In this document: positions 43,463-53,200 of the stretch, piece by piece
Numbering within the stretch: position 1 is the stretch's first letter
Layout of the letters: every line of letters begins with the position of its first letter
DNA from: Desulfobacterales bacterium
Lineage (GTDB): Bacteria; Desulfobacterota; Desulfobacteria; Desulfobacterales; UBA2174
Length of the DNA: 64,000 nucleotides
Direction of reading: 5' to 3'
Assembly: GCA_963668645.2 (NCBI GenBank)
Contig: CAXXWC010000001.1
Location: forward strand, 384,001 to 448,000
Notes under the pieces: model-generated
Database searches by the model: none
Seen by the model: the letters and a program-made list of their open reading frames with translations, nothing else
What the model was told of the DNA's origin: nothing
Made by a program: the position numbers and the translations under genes

Positions 43463-44860
43463 TCATCCATGCGCCTGTTTTTCCAACCGCGCCACGGCCT
43501 CGATATGAAAAGTATGCGGAAACATGTCCACCGGCTGGACTTCCTCCACCCGATAACCGTCTTTGAGCAGGGCCAGATCCCGGGCCAGCGTGGCCGGGTT
43601 GCAGGAAACATAGACGATCCGGGGCGGAGCCAGTTCCAGAAGCCGGCCCACCACCTCGGGGTGCATCCCGGAGCGGGGTGGATCGACGATCACCAGTTCC
43701 GGCCGCTCCTGGAGGCCGCCGAACACCGCACGGATATCTCCCTGGACAAAATGGCAATTCGTCACCCGGTTGTGCGCGCAGTTGCGCCGGGCATCGTCCA
43801 CCGCGGAATCCACAATCTCGACCCCGACGATACGGCGGGCCGCCGGAGACAGGAAAATGGGAATCGTACCGATACCGCTGTACAGATCGAACACCGTCTG
43901 GGTCCCGTCCAGGCCGGCATAATCGAAAACGGTGCGGTAGAGCCGTTCGGCCCCCCGGGTGTTGGTTTGAAAAAAGCTGTTGGCCGAGATCTCGAATTCC
44001 CAGGGACCGATTCGGTCGGTGAGCACCGCGTCCCCGGCCAAAAGACGTTCGTATTCACCCACCGCGATGGCGGCCGGCCGGCTGGTGATGTTGTTGACCA
44101 CCCCGGCCACCTCGGGGTGGTCGGAGATCAACTCTTCTGCCAGGGGCTGGACGGCGGCCCTATCTTCGCTGGCCGTGATCAGGTTGACCAGCCACCGGTC
44201 CCGTGCCACGCTGTGGCGCAGCATGACAAAACGCCAGAACCCTTCGTGGCTGCGCAGTCCGTAGGGGGGAAGGCCGGACTGGCGCAGATGGCTGCGGATC
44301 TTGGCAAGCAGGGTATTGCCCAAGTCCGGCATCAAGAGGCAGGTCTCTGTATCCAGGACCCTGTCGAAGGTTCCCGGAACATGCAGTCCCAGAGCAAACC
44401 CGCGCTCGATATCCATGTCCCCGAGCTCTTCGGGCATCACCCAACGCCGGTCGGTGCAGGAAAATTCCATTTTATTGCGGTAGCCGAAAACAGGCTCGGC
44501 CGCCAGCACCGGATGCACCGCAACCTCGCCCAAACCGCCGATGTGGGTCAGGGCTTCGCTCACCTGCTGGTGTTTGTAGACGAGCTGGGCCGCGTAGGAA
44601 AGGTGCTGCCATTTACATCCACCGCAAACCCCGCTGTAAGGGCAAGGCGCGGCCACCCGGTCTGGGGAAGGCCGCAGCAGATCCACGACACGGGCTTCGG
44701 CGTACTGCTTCTTGCGCCGCACGATGCGCGCCAGAACCCGGTCCCCGCCCACGGCGCCGTCCACGAAAACCACCATTCCTTCGACCCGGGCAAGCCCCTT
44801 GCCTCCCAGGGCCACATCCTCGACTTCCAGCTCGATGGTCTGGCCTTTTTTAACCGTCAC
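43463..44860 (-). CDS. rlmD: 23S rRNA (uracil-C5)-methyltransferase RlmD
   Basis: TRAM domain, CPYSGVCGGC, SFFQTN, DLYSGIG, VDPPRSG, YVSCNPATLARD, DMFPHT.H.E. Confidence 0.95.
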   Translation of the reverse strand: MTVKKGQTIELEVEDVALGGKGLARVEGMVVFVDGAVGGDRVLARIVRRKKQYAEARVVDLLRPSPDRVAAPCPYSGVCGGCKWQHLSYAAQLVYKHQQVSEALTHIGGLGEVAVHPVLAAEPVFGYRNKMEFSCTDRRWVMPEELGDMDIERGFALGLHVPGTFDRVLDTETCLLMPDLGNTLLAKIRSHLRQSGLPPYGLRSHEGFWRFVMLRHSVARDRWLVNLITASEDRAAVQPLAEELISDHPEVAGVVNNITSRPAAIAVGEYERLLAGDAVLTDRIGPWEFEISANSFFQTNTRGAERLYRTVFDYAGLDGTQTVFDLYSGIGTIPIFLSPAARRIVGVEIVDSAVDDARRNCAHNRVTNCHFVQGDIRAVFGGLQERPELVIVDPPRSGMHPEVVGRLLELAPPRIVYVSCNPATLARDLALLKDGYRVEEVQPVDMFPHTFHIEAVARLEKQAHG

Positions 44861-45001
44861 AGACCCTCCCTGTGCAAACAATTTGCAAATTCTCTCCGAT
44901 TTGGCATAATTAACTGCAAAAGGGAGCCTATAGCCTCATCACCGTTCAAAGTAAAGCATCTCTCCGGCCCGTCATCTCAACGGCTTCTCTGAGGATAGCA
45001 C

Positions 45002-45730
45002 ATGGTCAGGCCTGTAGATACGCCAGCCGAAAGCGGCTGCGGCAGACTCTGCTTTACGGCCGACGGCCTGGAATTGGCCGGATGGCTGCATCGGCCTGGA
45101 TTCGAGAAGTTTCCGGTGGTAATCGGGGTTCACGGCCTGCTCAGCAACGCTTGCTCGCCCAAGCAGCAAAGCCTGGCCGAGGCCTGTTGCCGGGCCGGAA
45201 TCGGATACTTTCGCTTCGATCACCGCGGCTGCGGTCAAAGCCAGGGAGATATGGCGGCCACCACGCTGGAGGCACGGGTCCGTGATCTGCTGGCTGCCGC
45301 GGCTCGAGTGCAAGAGGCCGTCTCAAGCGACAGCCCCATCGGCCTGTTCGGATCGAGCCTCGGAGCTTCGGTCTGCATCGCAGCGGCCCGTGATTTGAAT
45401 CCGGTCGCCATGGTCGTTTATGCTGGCCCCCTCAAGAGCCGGGGCATCGGTGCGGCGGCGGCCGAGGCTCACCCCCAGCTTGCCGGCCTGGATCTTTCTT
45501 TCGACCTGAGCGATCGCATAGAGGGGCTGCACCACCTGCTGGTGGTGCACGGCACCGACGATAAGATCGTACCGGTGGCCGACGCCGCTAGAATTCATGA
45601 CGCCGCCGGGTTTCCCAAACGCTTGTGGCTGCAGACGGGAGGTGACCATTTGATGAGCGATCCGGTCCACCAGCAGCAGTTTCGCCGGCAAGCCCTGAAC
45701 TGGTTTCAGACGGCATTTGTTGCATCATGA
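45002..45730 (+). CDS. alpha/beta-fold hydrolase
   Basis: HG oxyanion motif, RFDHRGCGQS, GSSLG nucleophile elbow, HGTDD, GGDH. Confidence 0.9.
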   Translation: MVRPVDTPAESGCGRLCFTADGLELAGWLHRPGFEKFPVVIGVHGLLSNACSPKQQSLAEACCRAGIGYFRFDHRGCGQSQGDMAATTLEARVRDLLAAAARVQEAVSSDSPIGLFGSSLGASVCIAAARDLNPVAMVVYAGPLKSRGIGAAAAEAHPQLAGLDLSFDLSDRIEGLHHLLVVHGTDDKIVPVADAARIHDAAGFPKRLWLQTGGDHLMSDPVHQQQFRRQALNWFQTAFVAS

Positions 45731-46731
45731 CAACGCCATTACGAAAAACCGACACCCGAAACCCCAAAGGAGCGCCCATGACCGAACCGAGCCCCGGCAA
45801 ACTGGTCCGCAGGGCCTTTGTCAAACGGGTGCTGCGCCGCACCCTGGCCCTGGTCACGATCATCAGCCTGATTTACGGCCTGGCAGCGGCAGTCTATTCG
45901 ACCCGCACCATCTTCAAAGTCAAGATGAACTATGCCGTGGTCCTCGAAAGGCTCAACGGCGAGCGCATCGCCGTCACCGATGTGGGCTGGCACGCCCGGC
46001 TGCCTTTCTTTACCCGCATCGAGCAGGAAGTCACCCTGATGAACCAGCGCCTCTTTCTGGGCGGCACTGTGGAACCGATGCGCATCATCTCCAAGGAGAA
46101 CGTGGCCTTGTGGACCTCGGCGGTGCTCACCTTCCGCATCCGTAACCTGCACACCTGGGCCATCGAGAACAAGGATGCCATGAGCATCCTCCAGGGCGAC
46201 TATGACGGCATCGTCAAGGACATCCTCCAGGCCCAGGAAGTCAACCGCCTGATCAGCGACCGCGAATCGATCAAGGAAGAGATCTTCACCGCCCTGTCCT
46301 CGAGGCCCATCAACATCGGCGGGCCGACACTGGCCGGCAAGTACGGGATCGAGGTGGTCAGCTTCGTGCTCAAAGAGACCCATTTCGGCGAAAAGCTGGT
46401 GGAAGCCACCGAGGAAAAAAAGCGCCGCGAGCTGATCGCCGAGGCGGAAAACTACGCCGCCGACCAGGAGGCGAGCCGCATCCGCAAGCTTTACGCGGCA
46501 TACCTGGAAAGTATCCAAGCCCTGCAACAGGCCTTGGGCAGACCGGACGGCTCTACCGACACGGCCCTGCTCGAGTTCCTGGTCCAGCAAAAATGGGCCT
46601 CGGCCTATGAAAAGAATGAAACTGGCCAGAACACGGTGGTGATCCAGAATACATCGTCAGCCCCGTCGCTGACCCTGCCCATGCCGTCGCCGGCCGCGGG
46701 AGAAAATCATGGCGCGAAGGTTAACCCGTGA
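45727..46731 (+). CDS. SPFH/band-7 domain membrane protein
   Basis: N-terminal TM helix, AVVLERLNG..GWHARLPF, IISKENVAL, LISDRESIKEEI, YGIEVVSF, C-terminal coiled coil; alternative start 45778. Confidence 0.8.
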   Translation: MTTPLRKTDTRNPKGAPMTEPSPGKLVRRAFVKRVLRRTLALVTIISLIYGLAAAVYSTRTIFKVKMNYAVVLERLNGERIAVTDVGWHARLPFFTRIEQEVTLMNQRLFLGGTVEPMRIISKENVALWTSAVLTFRIRNLHTWAIENKDAMSILQGDYDGIVKDILQAQEVNRLISDRESIKEEIFTALSSRPINIGGPTLAGKYGIEVVSFVLKETHFGEKLVEATEEKKRRELIAEAENYAADQEASRIRKLYAAYLESIQALQQALGRPDGSTDTALLEFLVQQKWASAYEKNETGQNTVVIQNTSSAPSLTLPMPSPAAGENHGAKVNP

Positions 46732-49700
46732 GATTCATTACGTGCGGCTGCCAGAAGGACGGCTGCGCGAAATAGAAGCCCTGGTGGCGGCCTGGCCATA
46801 CGAGACCAAAGCTTTCATGCGGGCCCGGCTCAATCAATACCGCCCGCCGTCGGACTGGCTCAACAACTTTTTGGATGCCTTTCTGTCCCTTTTTTTCGAC
46901 GCCCCCCAGAGGCATTTCCAGATTCTCAAAGACCCGGCGATTCTCACCGACTGGCAGAAACGATTCGAACTCTCAGGGCAGACCAACCCCCAGGAAGCCT
47001 GGCACAAGATCCTTGAAAAAGAGGTCTCGGCCCGGGACTACCGCTATCTGCTCTCCTTGCTCGATCGCGAGTTGACCGACGTGCATGTGCCCGAGGAGCT
47101 GGCCGAACTGTTCGAAAAGGTTTACCGGGCCCACATCCGCAAAGAGTATTTCAGCGACCCTTCCGTGCCCAAAGCGCCCTTGCTCCTAGTGGTGGGCCCC
47201 AGCGGCAGCGGCAAGACCGCCACGGTGACCGAGGCGGTGGAAAAGGTCATCTTCCGCAGCGAGGTGTGCCCAGAAGTCGATCTGAACCACAAAAAAGAGG
47301 AACTGCTGGCCACCGAGCCCTTCTGGAAGGGCATCGAGGAAATCGATCCGACCCTGGCGGCTGAAATCCGGCGCCAGCAAAAGCTGCGCTTTTACAAACG
47401 CCTTTCACACCTGCCTTTGGTGAGCAGACTTTTTAAGCGGCGCATCGGCAAGCACCTTTCCGACCTGGAAGAACAGGGCATCTGGGTCGATTATGCCATG
47501 GTCACCCCCAACGACTACCAGACCGCCTTGGCCGGAGAGCCGGGCAACTACTTCAAAAAGGCCCTGGGCGACCCGCGTAAAACCGCCATCCGCCATGTGG
47601 AGGAGGCCCACAGCGCCTTCGGCAAGGCCGGCGGCCGGGACGGCGGACCCGAACGCCAGCAGCGCACTCTCATCGACACGTCAAACATCGTCATCGACGA
47701 GATCATCAGCGGCCGCCGGGACTGTCTGCTCATCGCCACCACGGACCAGCCCGAGCGCTTCGATGCCACCATCTACCGGCGTTTTGTGGAAAAGGGGCGC
47801 ATCGTGGACATCAGCCGGTTCTGGACCAACCCAGCCAACCTGCACGAGCTGGTACGCCTGGAACTGCTGCGCAACGACATCCGCCAGGCCGTGGCCCCTG
47901 ATCCGGGCTGCGCCTGGGCTGCACGCTGTCTTTCGCCCGAGCGCATCGATGCCGCGGTGGACAAAATCTACCGCATCTTCGAAGAACGGGCCCTCAAGGT
48001 GATCCCTTCCTATGTGCGCAAGCTCATCGGTTCGGTGATCGAAATCAAGGGCGACTTCGAAGCCGAGCACCTGGACGACGCCCTGCTGGTGCGCCAGGCC
48101 TTCGAACTGGTGGCGCGCAACAGCTACGGCGACCTGTTCAACAGGGTGGTCGACCGCATGGACCGCAAGGTGCTCTGGGAATCTTACGTAGGCGGGATCA
48201 AGAACACCTTCTCGGAGATGATCAACAACTGCCTCTATTACGGGGTGGCCGACGAAAAGGGAGTGGTGCTCAACGGACCGCCGGGCTCCGGCAAGACCTT
48301 TCTGGTACGCGCCTGGCTCAGCGAAAACAAGACCGTCCACGACATCAGCACCAGCCCCACCGCCTTGCAGAATCCGGCCAACCCCATCGACGGGGCGATC
48401 GAGAATCTTGAAAAAGTCTACGATATCGCCAAGATGATCGCTCCTACAGTGGTTTTCTTCGACGAGGGCGACGCTTTGGCGCCGCGCCGCAGCCCCTCGG
48501 GGGGCAACCCCTCGGACAAGCTGACCAACCGCTTTCTCAACCTCATCGACGGCGAGGTACCGCTCAACAGGGTCTTTACGGTTTTGACCACCAACCGCAT
48601 CGACATCCTCGATCCGGCCCTGATCCGCTCCAAACGTCTCAAGGTGATGGAGGTATCAGGCCATCTGACCCGGGAGGACATCGCCGACATCGTGGCCAAG
48701 GCCCTGGAGGGGATCCCGCTCCAGGAAGGACTCCAGCCGGCGGACATCGTCGAAGCGGCCAAGGGGATTTGCAACACCCCGGCCGACTATGCCGCCTTCG
48801 TGGAAAAGGCCTGTGCCCTGCGCAGCACTGAATATGAAGTCATCCAGCGCTTCAAAGCCATTTTTGACAAGGGGCCCACCGCCCTGGAAAACTTCGTCAA
48901 ATTCAACTTCAAGACCCTGAGCGGGATCCTGGACGCCATCGGTGCACCACAGAGCCTCAAGGGGGCCATCAAGGGTGATGCAGGCCTCTTTCTCAAGCAT
49001 GCCGAGGAGGTGATACCGCTAGTGGTGCCGGTCAATCGGGCTGCCGGCTACCCGCTGATGCCATCGCACCTTCATTCGGCCCGCCACGAAATTTCCGGCA
49101 GCCCGGTTAAAAAGGGCAAGGTGCAGCTCGATGAGTTTCTCGAAGCCGAATTAAGCCAGGAGCCCCAGATCGGATTCATTATCGGCGTGGGCGCCAGCGA
49201 CGTCAGCGGGGTGCTGCTGCCCATCGCCACCAGCCTGACCTACAGCCTGGGACCCGAAAAAGTCCTGGTTACCGGTGCGGTCTCATCCTCGGCCCCGGCG
49301 GCCGCCGAGATGGATATGGCGGTCAAAATGACCCAGCAATCGGCTCAGGAAGCCCTGACCATGGTCAAGAACTATCTCCAGCAGCTGGCCCCCAAGACCA
49401 GCGTGGCCAAGCTGCTGGGCGAATTCCTGGGCCAGTATACCATCCATCACCAGTTGCTTTCGGCCTCCTATAACGTGGGCGGGCCTTCGGCCGGCTACGC
49501 CCTGGCGCTCAACACCCTTTCGGCCCTGCTCCACATCCCGGTCTACCACGACTTTGGCATCACCGGGGCACCCTGGACCAAAGGGGTCAAGACCGGCGAG
49601 GTGGGCGGTTCGGTGCTCATCGGCGGGCACAAGAAAAAAGCCGAAAAGGTTCTCCAGTACCTGCGGCGCATGTACATGCCGCTGCAAAACTACAAGGATC

Positions 49701-50125
49701 TGGAAATCGAGTTCCTGTTGGCCTACTGGGCCCAGAACAAGGATGTGCTGGGGGTCAGCCACTTCGGTGATCTGGTGCCCGAAGTGGTCTGGCTCGGGCC
49801 GGATTATGAGAAAATCCTGCTCGAATTGGTCGAGCGTCGCATTCAATACAAGATCGCCAAGCACCAAGGTAGCGTTCCCTCTTCGGCGGACAAACAAAAG
49901 GTCATCGATCTCAAGGCAATTTTACGCGAAAAGCTGGAAGAGGTAATCACGGTGCGCCTGGATGCCATGCGGGCCTACCAGCGAAACCCCATGCGCGATC
50001 CCCACATGTCGCTGAACGAGATTTTTCGCATCTACAGCAAACCCCACCAGCGCATGCTGTCGCCGCTGTTGGGCCGGATACGCCAGCGTATAGCGGCCCT
50101 GCGCGGTCCACGGGATGAAGAATGA
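46709..50125 (+). CDS. double-AAA ATPase fused to a Lon-type (S16) protease domain, 1138 aa
   Basis: Walker A GPSGSGKT and GPPGSGKT; FFDEGD; TTNRIDILDPALIR; C-terminal VGGPSAG...ALL..PV...GITG...IGGHKKK. Confidence 0.85.
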   Translation: MARRLTREIHYVRLPEGRLREIEALVAAWPYETKAFMRARLNQYRPPSDWLNNFLDAFLSLFFDAPQRHFQILKDPAILTDWQKRFELSGQTNPQEAWHKILEKEVSARDYRYLLSLLDRELTDVHVPEELAELFEKVYRAHIRKEYFSDPSVPKAPLLLVVGPSGSGKTATVTEAVEKVIFRSEVCPEVDLNHKKEELLATEPFWKGIEEIDPTLAAEIRRQQKLRFYKRLSHLPLVSRLFKRRIGKHLSDLEEQGIWVDYAMVTPNDYQTALAGEPGNYFKKALGDPRKTAIRHVEEAHSAFGKAGGRDGGPERQQRTLIDTSNIVIDEIISGRRDCLLIATTDQPERFDATIYRRFVEKGRIVDISRFWTNPANLHELVRLELLRNDIRQAVAPDPGCAWAARCLSPERIDAAVDKIYRIFEERALKVIPSYVRKLIGSVIEIKGDFEAEHLDDALLVRQAFELVARNSYGDLFNRVVDRMDRKVLWESYVGGIKNTFSEMINNCLYYGVADEKGVVLNGPPGSGKTFLVRAWLSENKTVHDISTSPTALQNPANPIDGAIENLEKVYDIAKMIAPTVVFFDEGDALAPRRSPSGGNPSDKLTNRFLNLIDGEVPLNRVFTVLTTNRIDILDPALIRSKRLKVMEVSGHLTREDIADIVAKALEGIPLQEGLQPADIVEAAKGICNTPADYAAFVEKACALRSTEYEVIQRFKAIFDKGPTALENFVKFNFKTLSGILDAIGAPQSLKGAIKGDAGLFLKHAEEVIPLVVPVNRAAGYPLMPSHLHSARHEISGSPVKKGKVQLDEFLEAELSQEPQIGFIIGVGASDVSGVLLPIATSLTYSLGPEKVLVTGAVSSSAPAAAEMDMAVKMTQQSAQEALTMVKNYLQQLAPKTSVAKLLGEFLGQYTIHHQLLSASYNVGGPSAGYALALNTLSALLHIPVYHDFGITGAPWTKGVKTGEVGGSVLIGGHKKKAEKVLQYLRRMYMPLQNYKDLEIEFLLAYWAQNKDVLGVSHFGDLVPEVVWLGPDYEKILLELVERRIQYKIAKHQGSVPSSADKQKVIDLKAILREKLEEVITVRLDAMRAYQRNPMRDPHMSLNEIFRIYSKPHQRMLSPLLGRIRQRIAALRGPRDEE

Positions 50126-50195
50126 GGAAAGGCCGGAGGACCAAAGGCGCAGGACGCGGTCGAGCACCGGCTTAAATCTTCTCTATTCCCCGTTC

Positions 50196-51422
50196 TCACG
50201 GGGTCTTCGCGGTTCCATCGTAGACCATACGACCGTCCACCACGATGGCTGCCACCCGCTCCAGGCTCCCGGGAAGATCCTCGGGCGTTCCGGAAACGAG
50301 AATGAAATCGGCCTTCGCTCCCGCCTTGAGTTCGCCGCTGCGGCCGAGCCCAAGCAACCGGGCACCGTTGACCGCCGCGCAGCGGATCGTTTCGGCGATG
50401 GAATAGCCGGCGATCCCCATCAACTTCATCTCAACGAGCATCCCCCTGCCATGACGCACACCGGGACTGCCGGCATCGGTGCCCAGAGCCAGCGGAACCC
50501 CCAGGCAACGGGCCCGCGAGATCTGATCCAACTGGTGTTCGAGATGGCGCCGCGCGCCTTCGGCCTCGGGGCACTGTTCCGCTACACAGCGACCGTAACC
50601 CGCCATGGTGCCGCAGGTCGGCACCCAGACGGTACCCCGCGACGCCATTACGGCCAGGTTGGCTTCGCCCATGAAGAATCCGTGTTCGATGCTGTCGCAC
50701 CCGGCGGCCAGGGCTTCGGCCACCGGGATCGGTCCGTTGGCATGCACCATCACCCGAAGCCCCCGGCCATGGGCAGCGGCCACCGCATCCCGCAGCTCAT
50801 CCGAAGTGAACTGCGAGCGGCTCGGTGCTCCGAAGCGGGTCAGATGGTTGATCCCGGAATGGATGATCTTGACATGATCGATGTCCGGGTTGCCGGATTC
50901 AAGCGCCTGCGCCAGAGATTGGCCGGATTGGGGGGTGCGCCCGAAGGTGCGCCCGTAACGCCCGATCTGATGCCAGGCCCAACCGCAGGTCCGCAGCACG
51001 AAACCGGGAGGAAGCCGGTAGGGCTGCGTGCGGGCCAGATCCCGTACCTGCCCCGAGGCGTCGCCCCCATCGCGCACGGCCAAGACCCCGCGGTAAAAAT
51101 GGCGCCGCATCCGCATCCCCATCTCGTCAACATTCCTCTCGCAGTCAGCATCCAATTGGCGTTGGCGCAGCAGTTCATCGCAGCGGCCGGAAAGATGAAA
51201 ATGCACATGCGCATCGACCAGCGGCGGCAGAATGGTGAACTGTCGCCGGTCCAACAGTCCGGGGGCACCTGGATTCAATCCAGCCGGACGGATCCTTTCG
51301 ATCCGCCCGGCTGCGATGTCCAAGACCATGCCCGGCCTGGGGCGACGGCCACTGCCGTCGATGAGCCAGCCGCAATGAACGGCCCACGCATCTGATCGCT
51401 TTTCGCCCGCAGCGGCTGTCAT
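50196..51422 (-). CDS. amidohydrolase family protein
   Basis: VDAHVH, VMVHANG, DSIEHG, LGTDAG, NGARLLG, GAKADF; start overlaps the cinA stop. Confidence 0.88.
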   Translation of the reverse strand: MTAAAGEKRSDAWAVHCGWLIDGSGRRPRPGMVLDIAAGRIERIRPAGLNPGAPGLLDRRQFTILPPLVDAHVHFHLSGRCDELLRQRQLDADCERNVDEMGMRMRRHFYRGVLAVRDGGDASGQVRDLARTQPYRLPPGFVLRTCGWAWHQIGRYGRTFGRTPQSGQSLAQALESGNPDIDHVKIIHSGINHLTRFGAPSRSQFTSDELRDAVAAAHGRGLRVMVHANGPIPVAEALAAGCDSIEHGFFMGEANLAVMASRGTVWVPTCGTMAGYGRCVAEQCPEAEGARRHLEHQLDQISRARCLGVPLALGTDAGSPGVRHGRGMLVEMKLMGIAGYSIAETIRCAAVNGARLLGLGRSGELKAGAKADFILVSGTPEDLPGSLERVAAIVVDGRMVYDGTAKTP

Positions 51423-52780
51423 GCCCAACTCTTGTCCGGTGCATCCGAGCCTTTGGGTACCGTCCCGGAAGAGTTTTCGAGCAGAAGCGGTTCAGCCCAG
51501 ATCGGCCTGGCCCGGGCGGCCAAATCCGGTGTCATCCCCTGCTCCAAAACGATTCGCAGCAGGTTCAAGGCCGTTGCGGCAAAGGCCCTTTTGTTGGTCA
51601 AGCGGTCGTCAAAGGCGAACCGATAGGCGAACGAATCTTCTCCTTCGGGTCCGGCGATGCCGATACAAATGCTCCCCACCGGTTTGGCGGTGCTTCCTCC
51701 CGCCGGGCCGGCAATACCGCTGGTCGCCAGCCCGTATGTCGTTCCGGCCAAGCGGCGTACCCCGGCAGCCATTTCCCGGGTAGTGCGAGGGTGAACGGCC
51801 CCCCAGCTGCCCATCGTTTCAGGCCTGACCCCGAGTACGGCCTGTTTGGCAGCATCGGCGTAGGTTACCGCCCCGAGCCGGAAATAATTCGAACTGCCCG
51901 CCACGTCGGTGATCCATGATGCCAAAAGCCCCCCGGTGCAGCTCTCGGCCAGGGCCAGGGTCGCCTTCTGCCGTGTCAGTTCGTGTCCCACGACCTGGGT
52001 CAACGACAATCCTTCGATCGACACTACCTTGGTGCCCAGCCGATCCGCCACCCAGGCGGCAGCCTCCTGCTCACGCCGGTTAAGATGCTCCTCGTCGCTG
52101 CCGGCAAGATAGAGCCGCACATGGATCTCCGGAAAATGCGCCCTCAGCCCGAGCTGAATATCGCTGAACTGCTCCTCGAATCCGGCCAACCGATCGTCCA
52201 GGGTGGATTCGGGTAGGCCGAAGGTGGTCAGCACCCGTACCCGTCGCAGCTCATGCGAAGCCCCGCGCCGCAAATCAATCTGCGGCAGCACCGACTCGGC
52301 CAGCATACGGCGCATCTCGCGGGGCACCCCAGGCAGAAAGTAAAAGCGGCAGCGTCCCAGATCCATTGCGAAACCAGGTGCCGAACCCACTGGATTGTCC
52401 AGACAAACGGCGCCCTTGGGCAGTCGCCCTTGTTTGCGATTGGTGGCCGTCACCGGGCGGCCGCGGCGGTGAAAAAAACCTTCCACCACGGCCATGGCCT
52501 TTGTATCGTCTATCAATTCGAGCCCGGCGGCCCGGGCTGCAGCCGCTGCGGTGACATCGTCCCCGGTCGGCCCCAGTCCACCGGTCACCACAGCCACATC
52601 GGCCCGGCCGCCCATTTCCTGCAGCACGCCGGCGATGGTTTCGATCCGGTCGCCGACGCAGCAATGCCGCACAACGGTCAAACCGGCGCCTTCCAGAGCC
52701 GCGGCGATATAAGCCGCATTGCTGTCGACCACCGCACCGGTGCGCACCTCGTCTCCGGTGGACAAGATCTCTGCGATCAT
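51419..52780 (-). CDS. cinA: CinA family protein (MoCF-like domain plus NMN deamidase PncC)
   Basis: EILSTGDEV..G.VVDSN, TGGLGPT.DD, LPGVPREM, AESCTGG, GIAGPAGGS..KPVG. Confidence 0.93.
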   Translation of the reverse strand: MIAEILSTGDEVRTGAVVDSNAAYIAAALEGAGLTVVRHCCVGDRIETIAGVLQEMGGRADVAVVTGGLGPTGDDVTAAAAARAAGLELIDDTKAMAVVEGFFHRRGRPVTATNRKQGRLPKGAVCLDNPVGSAPGFAMDLGRCRFYFLPGVPREMRRMLAESVLPQIDLRRGASHELRRVRVLTTFGLPESTLDDRLAGFEEQFSDIQLGLRAHFPEIHVRLYLAGSDEEHLNRREQEAAAWVADRLGTKVVSIEGLSLTQVVGHELTRQKATLALAESCTGGLLASWITDVAGSSNYFRLGAVTYADAAKQAVLGVRPETMGSWGAVHPRTTREMAAGVRRLAGTTYGLATSGIAGPAGGSTAKPVGSICIGIAGPEGEDSFAYRFAFDDRLTNKRAFAATALNLLRIVLEQGMTPDLAARARPIWAEPLLLENSSGTVPKGSDAPDKSWA

Positions 52781-52990
52781 GATAAATTGCCTCCATACGA
52801 ACGTAAGGGTATCCCAAAAATCACAAAGATGCATTTTTCAGACAAAACCGGAAGCAGGTCAAGCGGAAGATGCACGCTGCCGTCCCTGCGCACCCCAAGC
52901 AGTGCGGCAGCGGCAGTTTGCTGAAAAACGGCACCCTAATGACCGGGCCGGGAATTCTTCACAGAATCGGTGTCATTCGGATCACTGTGA

Positions 52991-53018
52991 TTGACGCCGG
53001 TCTAAGGCATCCTACAAT
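52991..53018 (+). promoter_or_regulatory. putative sigma70 promoter of the repeat-protein operon
   Basis: TTGACG-N16-TACAAT, preceded by an inverted-repeat/CRP-like site at 52971-52986. Confidence 0.5.
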
Positions 53019-53200
53019 CGAAATCAGCCTCGCAGCAGGTGGCGAAGATCCGGATCAAAACTGCCAAGCGAACAGGCGCGTAACGGCGCGACAAACCTCA
53101 AACCCTATTGTGCTTTAGACCAAAAAAGCTTATTCTTCATAGGTGATGACCGGCAGTTTCGAGCCGGCACCGTAAAACCAAACTAAAAGGGAGGGAGACC

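Noticed and set aside
52940..53200. c-di-GMP-I riboswitch upstream of the repeat gene (GGTCTAAG motif)
   Set aside because: The GGCAAA/GAAA/CGCAAA elements are not present; the sequence is better explained as a promoter
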